A program made the position numbers and the translations under genes. Positions 20,368 to 30,890 of a DNA stretch of 36,048 bases are shown here, piece after piece. Position 1 is the stretch's first letter; every line of letters begins with the position of its first letter. The notes under the pieces were generated by a model that saw only the letters and a program-made list of their open reading frames with translations, did not search any database and was not told the origin of the DNA. Source of the stretch: Corallochytrium limacisporum Hawaii (Eukaryota; Protista; Pluriformea); the NCBI GenBank assembly GCA_002811645.1, contig PDIP01000046.1:144753-180800 (forward strand). Reading direction: 5' to 3'.

Positions 20368-20700
20368 TGGGCGTCCATGGAACGCTGTCCCCCCCGAAGT
20401 GGGCCGTTAGTAAAAAACTGTTACACCTAACAAAATACTAATTTGAATTAGAACCAAAAAGAAAAATCTTCAAATCCGCACTGAACTCCTTTTGGTTCGC
20501 TTCAAACAGCCTTCCCTCATTTATAAAACCTCCGTTTGGGTGTTTTTTTTTTTTTTTTCTGGGTTTAAACCTGCCTGCCCTCTCTCTCTAAACCACCCCA
20601 CCCCCCGGGGGTTCTCTCCTTCGCCTCCCCCTTTTTTTAATTGCGACGGCCGACCCACCGTGGATAGTTAATCGCCCGGGTAGCAAGGTTGTGCGAGTTA

Positions 20701-20721
20701 GTGTGTGTGTGTGTGTGTGTG
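20701..20721. repeat. (GT)10 microsatellite
   Basis: Read directly. A T16 tract lies nearby at 20543-20558. Confidence 0.9.
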
Positions 20722-22006
20722 GGGTGGTGGTGGTTTAGCTCTCTGCGACTTAGATTCTACGGCATTTCCCCAGGGTAATTAATTTTTTCTTCACAATTGT
20801 CTGTCGCCTGTTTTTCCCTCGGTCGGCGCAACCTGTGCAGTCGTGGAGGTCTACTCATATCACCTATCACCTGGGTAGATTTCCTATCAACCCCCTGAGG
20901 CGCTGTTAATAGGAAAGTATGCGCAGTCTCGAGAAACAGTTGCTTCCACGTCCAAATCCAGGGGGACGGGAGACGGTTAATAGTACGGGGTAATGGAATC
21001 ATTCACTTCGATCCTGGACAGATTCCCCTGCAGCTCAGTAGAGTGGGGTCAGTGGGTACGCACGTTGAAGAGGGGGTGCGCTGAGCGGATGCCACTGAGT
21101 GTCTGGCGTATGTATATATGTACAATGAACTGTTAAAACCTGGTGTAGATCTCAGGCGTTCGTGCATCTGACTAGGAAGGTGACCGCTCTTTTTGGCAAG
21201 AAGCAAAAGGCCCACCGCGCAAAAAAAGAAAAGGGACAGTGAGGAAACCTGCCGAGAACGGTTACCACCTGTACCACTTTTACGAACTCCAGGACTTTGG
21301 TATTAGCGTGGCCGGCGTGTCGTCCATACTAAGTTCTGACTGTCCAAGGGGTTACATCGGACCGGTAGACTCTTGGAGCGCAGCGGTCGTGACCCCCCCC
21401 CGGGGGGGCCAAAAGAAAGGAAAGCAGGGAAAATTAACTGCGAAGGAAGAATTTCGCCGGATTGGTTTGTATGGCGGTCTTGCGGTGTTGGTGGCGCGTT
21501 TCAATTGTTTTAGTATTGGGTAGGCCAGAAGACGAAACACTTCGGTTCTCATTCATATCTGCTTAAAAAAAAAGCCAAAGAAATGCCCCGTACCATTGCG
21601 TAACTACGGGACCATGTCATCATCAGGAGGAGGAGATCTACAGCGAACTTGAAGGTGAAGGTAAATTCGCGCTCGACTCGGCCAAGGACGAGGGATTGTA
21701 TGGATGATTGTATGGCAGTGGACAGGTTGGGGAAGAGGACACTCGAAGTGCAGCTGCAGCGAATCTGTGTCGCAGCACAGATGTCGCATCAGTGGATGCT
21801 CACAGACAGGTGGAAGGGGATATCGGTCGTCGGGTTGGTGCTCTAGCGAGCTCTTGAATGAGACGATATGTCAAATATCAATGAGAGAACTGGATTGGTA
21901 CCTATTTAAAGGAATCAGGGCAAGAGATCATTCATAGGGCTGGTGGTGAGCTAGGTATAAACGACACAGAAGTCTGACCACATCAGACACGCCAAGGTAA
22001 AGAAAC

Positions 22007-23833
22007 ATGAATTTTGCAGATCCGTACGTGATTGTGGCCTCCATTGGAGCTGGACTGGTGACCTACTATGTCATCCGATCAATGTCCGCCAGGGCCAAAG
22101 CCCAGGCTATCGCATCCAAAGGCGCCAAACGCCGTGCGGAACGTGATGAGGCTCGCGGCAGAGCTCACAAGGTGATCAACGAGGTTTACAGAGAGGTCGG
22201 CCTGACCCGTGAGCGAGAAGAAGAATTGTGCTTTATGACTGCGACGCAGATGCTTGCGGCCATGGCGTCTGGCAAGACCACTTCGCTGGAACTGGTGACG
22301 GCGCACTGTCGTCGAGCACTGCAGGCTGGAGAGGAGCTTGGCACAAACGCCGGCGAGCATTTTGAAGAGGCGATCGCTGCGGCACGGGAGGCGGACAAAG
22401 AGCGTAAGGCCGGATGGAACTCGGATGAGCGTCCGCTGCTTGGACTACCCATGTCCGTGAAGGACCAATTCGAACAGAGAGGTGCGGACTGCGGCAGTGG
22501 TCTTGCATGTCGCGCCGGCGACATTGTCAAGGAAGACGGATACCAAGTGGGAAGCCTGCGGAAGCGTGGAGCCATTCCGTTTGTGCGTACCAATGTGCCA
22601 CAAATGTTGATGATGCCAAATGCAATGGGCACCATTTGGGGCACGTGTATGAACCCTTGGAACCGCAAGCGATCGCCTGGTGGCTCCTCTGGTGGTGAGG
22701 GTGCGTTGATTTCATCGCGCGCTAGTCCGGTCGGCATTGGCACTGACATTGGTGGCAGTGTACGTATCCCTGCTCTGTGCTGTGGTCTTTTTGGCTTCAA
22801 GCCGACCCCCCAGCGCCTGCCGAATCCCGGTCTGCAGGAGCCTGCCCAAGGTCTCATCAGTGGCAATGAAAGTGTTCCGGACAGCTACGGGCCCTTGGCG
22901 CGTGATGCCGAAGACTTAGAGCTCATCATGGGCAACTGGCTGCGGGAAGGGGCTACTGATCCTGCCTGCGGAGGTGATTCGTATGTTCCCATGGTTCCCT
23001 GGGACTATGAAAAGGCTAAGCCCAGCACGAAAGGCGACAGCAGGCGCGGAAAGTTGAGGATTGGATACTACGTAAACGATGATTGGTTCGCTCAACACAA
23101 GGCTGGCCGCCGTGCGGTGCGAGAGGCAGTTGAGGCACTGAAGAAGGCCGGTCATGAGCTGATTGAGATGGATGGACCTGTGACGTCTGTGACTGAGATT
23201 GCTTCGCTGATCTACGGTTTATTATTCGCTGACAAGATGACCGGTGCGATGAGGGCTCTGGAAGGAGAAGAGTTGTGCAGTGGATACGCGGGACTTCGAT
23301 TGGCTGCTGGTGTTCCCGAGTTTCTGCGGCCTGCCTTGGCTTCTCTTCTAAATGCCATTGGTTGGGGTCGTATGGCAATTTTGCTGAAGGCCCTTGGTGC
23401 TCGCAGCGCGTCGGACTTTTGGGTGGCAGTTGCAGAGCGAAAGCGCATCCAACGGCAGTGGGAGAAGACTGTCATGGTTGATCTGAAGCTTGACTGCGTG
23501 CTCGCACCTGGAATTGCCTCTCAGGTCTATCTGAACGACATCAGCGGCGACTTGGGTCCAACGGTGTCATACACCTTCGTGTACAACTTCCTCGCATGGC
23601 CTTGCGGTAACGTACCTATTACTCTTGTACGTGATAATGAGCAAGTCTACGAAGATCCTGATCACAATGACCCCATGACTTGGGCAGCGAAGGCCAATGC
23701 GAAGGACTCGGCAGGCATGCCCGTCGGTGTACAAATCGCTGCGCCACCCTACCAGGACGAGTTGGTCTTCCGGGTAATGAAAGATCTACGTAATCAAATT
23801 TCCTTCACTGCTCTCCCACAGCAAGGAATCTAA
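22007..23833 (+). CDS. FAAH-like amidase, paralog 2
   Basis: Same amidase-signature motifs (SVKD, GGSSGG, GTDIGGS). 608 aa, colinear with paralog 1. Confidence 0.92.
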   Translation: MNFADPYVIVASIGAGLVTYYVIRSMSARAKAQAIASKGAKRRAERDEARGRAHKVINEVYREVGLTREREEELCFMTATQMLAAMASGKTTSLELVTAHCRRALQAGEELGTNAGEHFEEAIAAAREADKERKAGWNSDERPLLGLPMSVKDQFEQRGADCGSGLACRAGDIVKEDGYQVGSLRKRGAIPFVRTNVPQMLMMPNAMGTIWGTCMNPWNRKRSPGGSSGGEGALISSRASPVGIGTDIGGSVRIPALCCGLFGFKPTPQRLPNPGLQEPAQGLISGNESVPDSYGPLARDAEDLELIMGNWLREGATDPACGGDSYVPMVPWDYEKAKPSTKGDSRRGKLRIGYYVNDDWFAQHKAGRRAVREAVEALKKAGHELIEMDGPVTSVTEIASLIYGLLFADKMTGAMRALEGEELCSGYAGLRLAAGVPEFLRPALASLLNAIGWGRMAILLKALGARSASDFWVAVAERKRIQRQWEKTVMVDLKLDCVLAPGIASQVYLNDISGDLGPTVSYTFVYNFLAWPCGNVPITLVRDNEQVYEDPDHNDPMTWAAKANAKDSAGMPVGVQIAAPPYQDELVFRVMKDLRNQISFTALPQQGI

Positions 23834-25836
23834 GAGGGCCATGAAGATGGCTGTAACATATCCGATAATGTCAGGGAGTGGTGAAGCATATTCATGTGGC
23901 TCTGACTTGACACCCAATGATGTCCAGAAAAGGAACCCTCTACTACACCGATACACCTAACATAGTCTTAAACATGGATTACTCTCATGTTTCCTTTGGA
24001 ATTCGGAATATATTATCATCCCATTGGTCCTTTGCGTCCCGAATGTGCGCCTGGTGGGCGGACAAATGATGCGACAGGCTGATCAAGAAAAGGGAACAGA
24101 TATTGAAGGAACGGTGGCTGTGCCTTAGCGCACGCAATGTCCAGAGGGCGGGGGTTTATCTCTCCCCTATCCTCTGACCGATCCCCCCCCCCCAAGCTGG
24201 TGACCCCCTACCCCCCGCGGGGAGCGGGCGCGGGGGTCCTGGTTCCGCACCCTTCACTCCTAGGGCACAACAATCCTATCGGGGGCCTAAATATTAGGGA
24301 AAGTTCACAGAACTGGTATGGTAAGCCCCTGCACCTTCGACCAAGAAAGGGGGTTTCGTGCAGTCCTTGGTCCCCCTACCCCACCCAGCTCAAGGACGGG
24401 CCCTGCAGCGGGCAAAGCAGAGAAGGAAAACAAGGAAAAAAAAAAGTTCTTAGCTGCCATGTAATCAGAAACGTTTCTGTTTCTTTTTTCAATCGCAAAA
24501 GGAAGGCGGCGAATTGATCATTTTTGTGGGTAAGTGTCCGGACCGATCAAAAGAAAGAAAAAGTGAAGGCTCAGCGCAGAGGACCTCGGGGTGGACATAT
24601 TCAATTGTGTGCACCGAGTACGCCCGAGGGAAACAAGTGACGGGTGTAAACGTTCTCGAGTGTGTTTGTACGTCTGCCCGTCCACGGCTGCCTCCCTTAT
24701 CGGTTGGTTGCTGCTGACACCGGATACGTTCGTTGGGTCCGGTTGCGCGGTGCAGTAGTGCTAGTGAGAGCCAGCAGGTGTGCCCGAGGAGCCGTACCCC
24801 GGGGGCTGGGAAGAAGGGAATTTCACGGGAACTGAGAGTGAAAAGACGGGCTCGCAAGCAAACGTCGAAAAAGAGGACGGGGCTGGAAGGCCTTTCGAAA
24901 GTTGTAGCAAGTAAGCACGCTTCGCTACCACGGACCAAGGAGCACACCAGCAAAGCCAGTGGGGTACCGGTGGTACCTTTCGAGACGAGATTACGCATGT
25001 GCCCGATAACAAAGAAGCAGCAGGCAAAAAAAGAAAGTCAACTAAACGGCGGTAGGGCTTCCGAGGTTATGGTACGGGGTCTCCGTTGGGCACGATGACT
25101 GCTAGAGCGGGACCAACGAATGCGCAGAACAGTCTCCCAATTTTACCACCACCCCGACATTAGAGCATCATGAGTGGGAGAGTAAAGCTCGTGGTGCCTG
25201 AGTAGGTCCTATCGCACCGGCTCTAATTACTTTGTGGACACTAAGATGTACAATGAAGTGATAACTATAAGCTACGACCAACATAAGTTGAGAATTTGTG
25301 TATCCAACAAGTGCTCGTCTGCTGTGAACTGTGAGAATCTGGGGCAACGCGCATCGCAGGAAAATGTTTGCGCACTCGTACCGTCCCAATGGTGGGCAAC
25401 CGCACGCACCTGGTGCTTTCACCTCACATTCTCAAGCCCTTGCTTCCCCTGCGATCAGTGGTCACTATAAAGGCCTGCACTTTCGACCGAAGAGGGATGG
25501 GGAGGCGACCCAGGGCGGCAATTCGTATTCATTTTGACCCTGGGTGGAGGGGTCCCGTGCACCCCACTAGGCCCCCGGCGGAGGGGGAAGGGAAAGGCAG
25601 GAGGATACAAGTTGCTGACTGTCGGCGGGCCCTCTGCGCGGCGACTGATCCGTCCCCGATTGTTTGTCTAATGTGCCTAACGCTAAAACCTTAAGTAAGG
25701 CAGCGTTGCCCACAGAAAAAATTATGAGTTGAAGTCTATTTACAGCAATGAGCTTAGGAGATCACGGATGGAATTAATGGTCTCTGCCCCAGCTGCATGG
25801 AAGTGTGATCAAATCAACCGCACCAATAGGCAAAAG

Positions 25837-27663
25837 ATGAATTTTGCAGATCCGTACGTGATTGTGGCCTCCATTGGAGCTGGACTGGTGACCTACTATG
25901 TCATCCGATCAATGTCCGCCAGGGCCAAAGCCCAGGCTATCGCATCCAAAGGCGCCAAACGCCGTGCGGAACGTGATGAGGCTCGCGGCAGAGCTCACAA
26001 GGTGATCAACGAGGTTTACAGAGAGGTCGGCCTGACCCGTGAGCGAGAAGAAGAATTGTGCTTTATGACTGCGACGCAGATGCTTGCGGCCATGGCGTCT
26101 GGCAAGACCACTTCGCTGGAACTGGTGACGGCGCACTGTCGTCGAGCACTGCAGGCTGGAGAGGAGCTTGGCACAAACGCCGGCGAGCATTTTGAAGAGG
26201 CGATCGCTGCGGCACGGGAGGCGGACAAAGAGCGTAAGGCCGGATGGAACTCGGATGAGCGTCCGCTGCTTGGACTACCCATGTCCGTGAAGGACCAATT
26301 CGAACAGAGAGGTGCGGACTGCGGCAGTGGTCTTGCATGTCGCGCCGGCGACATTGTCAAGGAAGACGGATACCAAGTGGGAAGCCTGCGGAAGCGTGGA
26401 GCCATTCCGTTTGTGCGTACCAATGTTCCGCAGGTGTTGTGCATGCCAGAGACCATGGGCAGCTGCTGGGGTTTGTGTGTCTCACCTTGGAACCGAAAGC
26501 GGTCGCCTGGTGGTTCCTCTGGTGGTGAGGGTGCGTTGATTTCATCGCGCGCTAGTCCGGTCGGCATTGGCACTGACATTGGTGGTAGTATACGCATCCC
26601 TTCCATGTGCTCTGGGTTGTTCGGCCTCAAGCCGACTCCCCAGCGTATGCCGAATCCCGGTCTGCAGGAGCCTCACCGTGGCCTCATCAGCGGCAACGAC
26701 GGTATTCCGGACAGCTACGGGCCCATGGCGCGTGATGCCGAAGACTTGGAGCTCATCATGGGCAACTGGCTACGGGAAGGGGCTACTGATCCTGCCTGCG
26801 GAGGTGACGCGTATGTACCCATGATTCCCTGGGACTATGGAAAAGCCAAATCATCCGCGAAAGGCGATAGCAACCGTGGAAAACTAAGGATCGGATACTA
26901 CTTCAGCGATGATTGGTTTGCTCAACACAAGGCTGGCCGCCGTGCCGTACGAGAGGCAGCTGAGGCGCTGAAGAAGGCCGGTCACGAGATGATTGAGATG
27001 GATGGACCCGTCACGCCTGTCACTGATATTGTGCGGCTGACCTACAGCATGTTTGCTGGTGATAATTTTCGCTGGGCGTATAAGGCCCTGGATGGAGAAC
27101 CTTGGCATGACAGTTTCTTCGGTCTGCTTCTTAATGCCAATATGCCCGAATTCCTCCGTCCCATCGTGCGTGGGATGTTGAATGCGATCGGTTGGAGTCG
27201 CCTGGCAATGTTTACGAGCGCCCTTGGAGCCAAGACGGCCTCGGAGTATTGGGATGTTATTGCTGAGCGGAAGCGCATCCAGCGGACATGGGCCAAGACT
27301 GTTATGACTGACCTGAAACTTGACTGTCTGCTTGTACCCGGTATTGGTTGCCAAGTCTACGGTATCGGATCCAGCGCGGATCTGGCACCTGCATGCTCCT
27401 ACACCTTTGTTTTCAACTTGCTTTCCTGGGCTGCTGGTACGATACCCATCACGACGGTGCGGGACGATGAGCAGGTCTACGAAGATTCTGCCCACAATGA
27501 CCCAATCACATGGGCCGCCAAGGCTAACGCGAAGGCCTCTGCTGGTATGCCCGTCGGTGTGCAGATCGCTGCCCCTCCGTACCAGGAAGAGTTGGTCTTA
27601 CGCGCAATGAAGGATCTACGCGACCATATTCCCTTCACAGCACTGCCACCGCAAGGAATCTGA
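25837..27663 (+). CDS. FAAH-like amidase, paralog 3
   Basis: Same motifs. Start placed at ATG 25837 (MNFADP) by homology with the other paralogs, giving 608 aa. Confidence 0.92.
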   Translation: MNFADPYVIVASIGAGLVTYYVIRSMSARAKAQAIASKGAKRRAERDEARGRAHKVINEVYREVGLTREREEELCFMTATQMLAAMASGKTTSLELVTAHCRRALQAGEELGTNAGEHFEEAIAAAREADKERKAGWNSDERPLLGLPMSVKDQFEQRGADCGSGLACRAGDIVKEDGYQVGSLRKRGAIPFVRTNVPQVLCMPETMGSCWGLCVSPWNRKRSPGGSSGGEGALISSRASPVGIGTDIGGSIRIPSMCSGLFGLKPTPQRMPNPGLQEPHRGLISGNDGIPDSYGPMARDAEDLELIMGNWLREGATDPACGGDAYVPMIPWDYGKAKSSAKGDSNRGKLRIGYYFSDDWFAQHKAGRRAVREAAEALKKAGHEMIEMDGPVTPVTDIVRLTYSMFAGDNFRWAYKALDGEPWHDSFFGLLLNANMPEFLRPIVRGMLNAIGWSRLAMFTSALGAKTASEYWDVIAERKRIQRTWAKTVMTDLKLDCLLVPGIGCQVYGIGSSADLAPACSYTFVFNLLSWAAGTIPITTVRDDEQVYEDSAHNDPITWAAKANAKASAGMPVGVQIAAPPYQEELVLRAMKDLRDHIPFTALPPQGI

Positions 27664-27772
27664 AAGCGGAGATCAATTGTATGAACAGCAATAACAATGC
27701 GAACACACCAATTGTTCGATACAAAACATACTGGAGTTGTCACAATGTGATCACTCGTGAGCTGACCTGAGT

Positions 27773-27909
27773 AACGGCATTGACTTTGCCTTTGTCGGAA
27801 ATACCTGTGAGCATCACAATATGGCTAAACCAAAAAAAGAAACGGCATTGACTTTGAATTTATAGGAAATACCTGTGACCGTCACAATATATGGCTAGAC
27901 CAAAAAAAA
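27773..27909. repeat. Imperfect ~68-bp tandem duplication between convergent gene ends
   Basis: AACGGCATTGACTTTG...GGAAATACCTGTGA...TCACAATATGGCTA.ACCAAAAAAA begins at 27773 and again at 27841. Confidence 0.9.
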
Positions 27910-27947
27910 TGATAGTATTGTATTGTCCGAATTTATGGACAGGGCTC

Positions 27948-29354
27948 TCAACCCTGTATGATTTCAGTGGTGGAGTCAGGCCAATCCTTGTTACGGCCGG
28001 TGAAGCGGTTATTCCACTTGCGAGACGGGTTCTGTTCGATCATGGCTTGAAGCTCGGCTTTCATATCATCGCAACCCTGTTGTCCATCTTTGCATCCCTC
28101 AGCCACATTATACAGCAGCAAAGTCGCGGCGTAGGCATAGCCTTCTTGGTGTTTGCCCGGTTCCCCATACTGTGTCGAGCTTCCGGTACGGATCAAGCCG
28201 CCATCGGCAATGGCATCAATATAAATGGCACCGGGCAGTGAGTAAGTACCGGGGTCAGTGAAAGTATTGTAGAGGGCCTCTTGGGTGTAGAAATTGCGCA
28301 ACTGCTCAATAAGCAGTAGGCTCTCCGGGCAGAACAACTTCCACAACTTTGGAACGTCAAATTGTTTAGAACACAGATGCCGCTCCAAAACTCTGGCCTT
28401 ACCCTTAGGAAGGTAGTGTACATACAACTGGTTCTTCAGGGCATTGCCAGGGGGATCCTCAGCCATGGACAACAAGTAGAGCGTATCGTTTTCCTTATTT
28501 TGGGCACGGATTTTAGAGGCGTTCTCATAGATTCCATTCAGTTCAGAAACCATGCCTGGAATGTCGTCAAGATTGTGGTTCAGTACGGTATTGTCAACAT
28601 GCGCGCAGGCATCATAGGCCCGGTCGTCGGAGTTCGTAAACTGTTCCCAGTTCGAGGCGTAAAATACAACCCGCGGACCGTCTGCGGTTAGCTCAGCGAT
28701 TGAAGTAGTCTTAAGCGGCTGCGCGGCGGTATTGACTACCATATTGCCGAATACATCCAATATGTCATTCCACTGTTGCTGTTGTATCTCGGTGGTAGTA
28801 CCCGGGTACTGATCTGTGCCATTTTTACACAAATTGCCGTGTTGGGACAACGTAATCAAAACCACTTCTTGCGGGTGGTCGTTCATCCACTCCTTAATTT
28901 CCGTGAAGTACGTGGAGGTGGGATTGTTGGTTTCCACCATATGTATACCATACCAATCCCATTCGTTAGGATTTTGATTATTGTCACCTGGACCGGTGGA
29001 ATAGGTCATGCGGAAGTCGATATATCGCACGCCATTGTCTAGCTGCTGCGTCACGCTCAGGGCTTGGGTCTGAGATTGGTCACGTACCCAGTTTCCAAGG
29101 TTATCTAGAGGAAATTTACTTTGCAGCTCATGGATAAGATCCGAAAGTTCAGTGGGCATGTCATAGCCATCGTCAGACTCGTATGCGGACAAATCATAGG
29201 TTAGAGTGTCGTGCGAGCCAGGAATGGACAAGTCCAGCATACTAAGATTCCCAATGTACGGTTTCAGTTGCCCCATCCAATTCCCCAGGTCAAGGTCTCC
29301 CAGCACTGTAGTTGCGAGGAATGCAAACAATGCAATAATGCAGAAAGGCCTCAT
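27948..29354 (-). CDS. Secreted PI-PLC X-domain (PLCXD-like) phosphodiesterase
   Basis: Signal peptide MRPFCIIALFAFLATTVLG. WMGQL...LSIPGSHDT (catalytic His), SQTQALSVTQQLDNGVRYIDFR, WYGIH (second His), WMNDHPQEVVLI. First ATG at 29354. Confidence 0.88.
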   Translation of the reverse strand: MRPFCIIALFAFLATTVLGDLDLGNWMGQLKPYIGNLSMLDLSIPGSHDTLTYDLSAYESDDGYDMPTELSDLIHELQSKFPLDNLGNWVRDQSQTQALSVTQQLDNGVRYIDFRMTYSTGPGDNNQNPNEWDWYGIHMVETNNPTSTYFTEIKEWMNDHPQEVVLITLSQHGNLCKNGTDQYPGTTTEIQQQQWNDILDVFGNMVVNTAAQPLKTTSIAELTADGPRVVFYASNWEQFTNSDDRAYDACAHVDNTVLNHNLDDIPGMVSELNGIYENASKIRAQNKENDTLYLLSMAEDPPGNALKNQLYVHYLPKGKARVLERHLCSKQFDVPKLWKLFCPESLLLIEQLRNFYTQEALYNTFTDPGTYSLPGAIYIDAIADGGLIRTGSSTQYGEPGKHQEGYAYAATLLLYNVAEGCKDGQQGCDDMKAELQAMIEQNPSRKWNNRFTGRNKDWPDSTTEIIQG

Positions 29355-30131
29355 TTTAGTGAGGAGTGCGTTTGCTACGTTGTTCAAACCTGTATCGTGA
29401 ATGTTCAGCTTCTCGCACTGGAGTCAGCGGGTGATTCTGGTGTTGATACTAAGATTCCCATTTGCGTTCTTAGTTCGGAGAGTTTGAGTAATTTAAATAC
29501 CAGCAAGATCGATTAAATCCAACTATAGAAACTGGTGCAGAGTTGGAGGCCACAATGTCTCTTACCAGTTTGCTGCCGCGGCTGCGCTGGATTGCCGCTG
29601 GGAGAGTGCTTTCCCCCTTTTTCTCTCGTCCCCCTCTCACTTTGTCTGCACACTTTCCCCGGGGCCGATTGCACCGCTGTTTGCGCGGAACCGAAGTGTC
29701 ACAGGAAACCAGTGGTGCGTGCGCAGCGGAGAAGAGTGTATCGCTTTGCTTCGCACACGGGGCCTAAGAGAAAAAAATGGCTTTTGGTGCAAGAGTGGGC
29801 ACCTGCTACCATTACGAGCCCTCAACTGGGGAACCCGTAGTCCGAAGAAATTGGCCCGCAAGGGAGGGGGAGGACGCGCATGTGTGGCAGTGAGGTATTT
29901 TTTTTTTCGCTTTGGTCCTCAACACGGCGGCCCAGGCCCTGTGGTACCACTGCCGCCTGATTTGCTGATGTTGAAAAATCACTTGCAAGGGAGTGGTATG
30001 TTAACAGTTTCTGCTGTTGATCTCGCGGAGTACACGGTGCGTGGAAATTGATAGTGGGTTGGTACTCGATAATGAAAGCATCGGACACAATTCAAAGGCA
30101 GGTTCACCTATCCGTCAACCAATTACGATGA

Positions 30132-30890
30132 AATTGTAAGATTCAGCCCAGTCCAACGGACACGGTTTATATGGAAAAGGCGGTCCGCTATGTAGAATCG
30201 GTTGCGCTCGATATGTGATCGTGGTTCTCTGTGCCGCAATTGTCTTTCCAGTAGTACATCTCTAAGACTGTAATGACCGATAAAACACATCCAGAGCGTG
30301 CAGCATGGTCTGAAATAAGGACAACATGATTTAGAGCGCACCGACGAACAAACCACTTCGCCGTCGTGCTCAACTTATTCCGACGGTTTGTCAAATTGCA
30401 ATACCTAAGTGACTACCCACCGCCATATTCGCAAATCAACAACGAAGGAGATTACCATCAAAGGGGGGTTATCAAAGTGTGTCAGCGTTCCGTGGCAGTG
30501 GCCCACAAATGAAGGATTCAGCACACAGTTCGATTTATAAGGAAAAGGCCGTCCGTTTTGTCGAATCCGTTACGCTTTGTATGTGGGGGTTCTCTGTGCC
30601 GCAATTGTCTTTCCAGTAGTAGTCCATCTCTAAGACTTTAATCAGGGGACCCACAAAATACACGCAGAGCGTGAAGCATGGTTTGAAATCAGGAAAACAT
30701 GATGAAGAGCACACCAACCAGTAAACCTCTTCGCCGCCGCGCTCAATTTACTACGACGGCTCCTCAAATTGGAATACCTAAGTGACTACACACCGCCATA
30801 TTCGCAAATCAACAACGAAAAAGATTGCCATCAAGGGGTTTATCGTTGTGCCAAAGCTACGTCAGCGTTTTGTGCCAGGGGCCCGCAAAC
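30132..30890. repeat. Degenerate tandem duplication, two copies of ~370 bp (possible pseudogene relic)
   Basis: Shared blocks appear in both copies (about 30132-30507 and 30508-30890): GATTCAGC, GGAAAAGGC, GGTTCTCTGTGCCGCAATTGTCTTTCCAGTAGTA and AATACCTAAGTGACTAC.CACCGCCATATTCGCAAATCAACAACGAA. Confidence 0.88.

Noticed and set aside
25729-25836. 36-aa N-terminal extension of amidase 3 in the ORF track
   Set aside because: Begins at TTG and has no counterpart in the paralogs; homology starts at ATG 25837.
30355-30450. Translation YPPPYSQINNE resembling the Tc1/IS630 LPPYSP.LNPIE motif
   Set aside because: Motif and spacing are poor, with no DDE residues or terminal inverted repeats found.
27773-30890. 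Possible CRISPR-like or transposon repeats
   Set aside because: The repeats are two-copy tandem duplications without unique spacers, TIRs or LTRs, and no cas, RT or transposase ORF is present.
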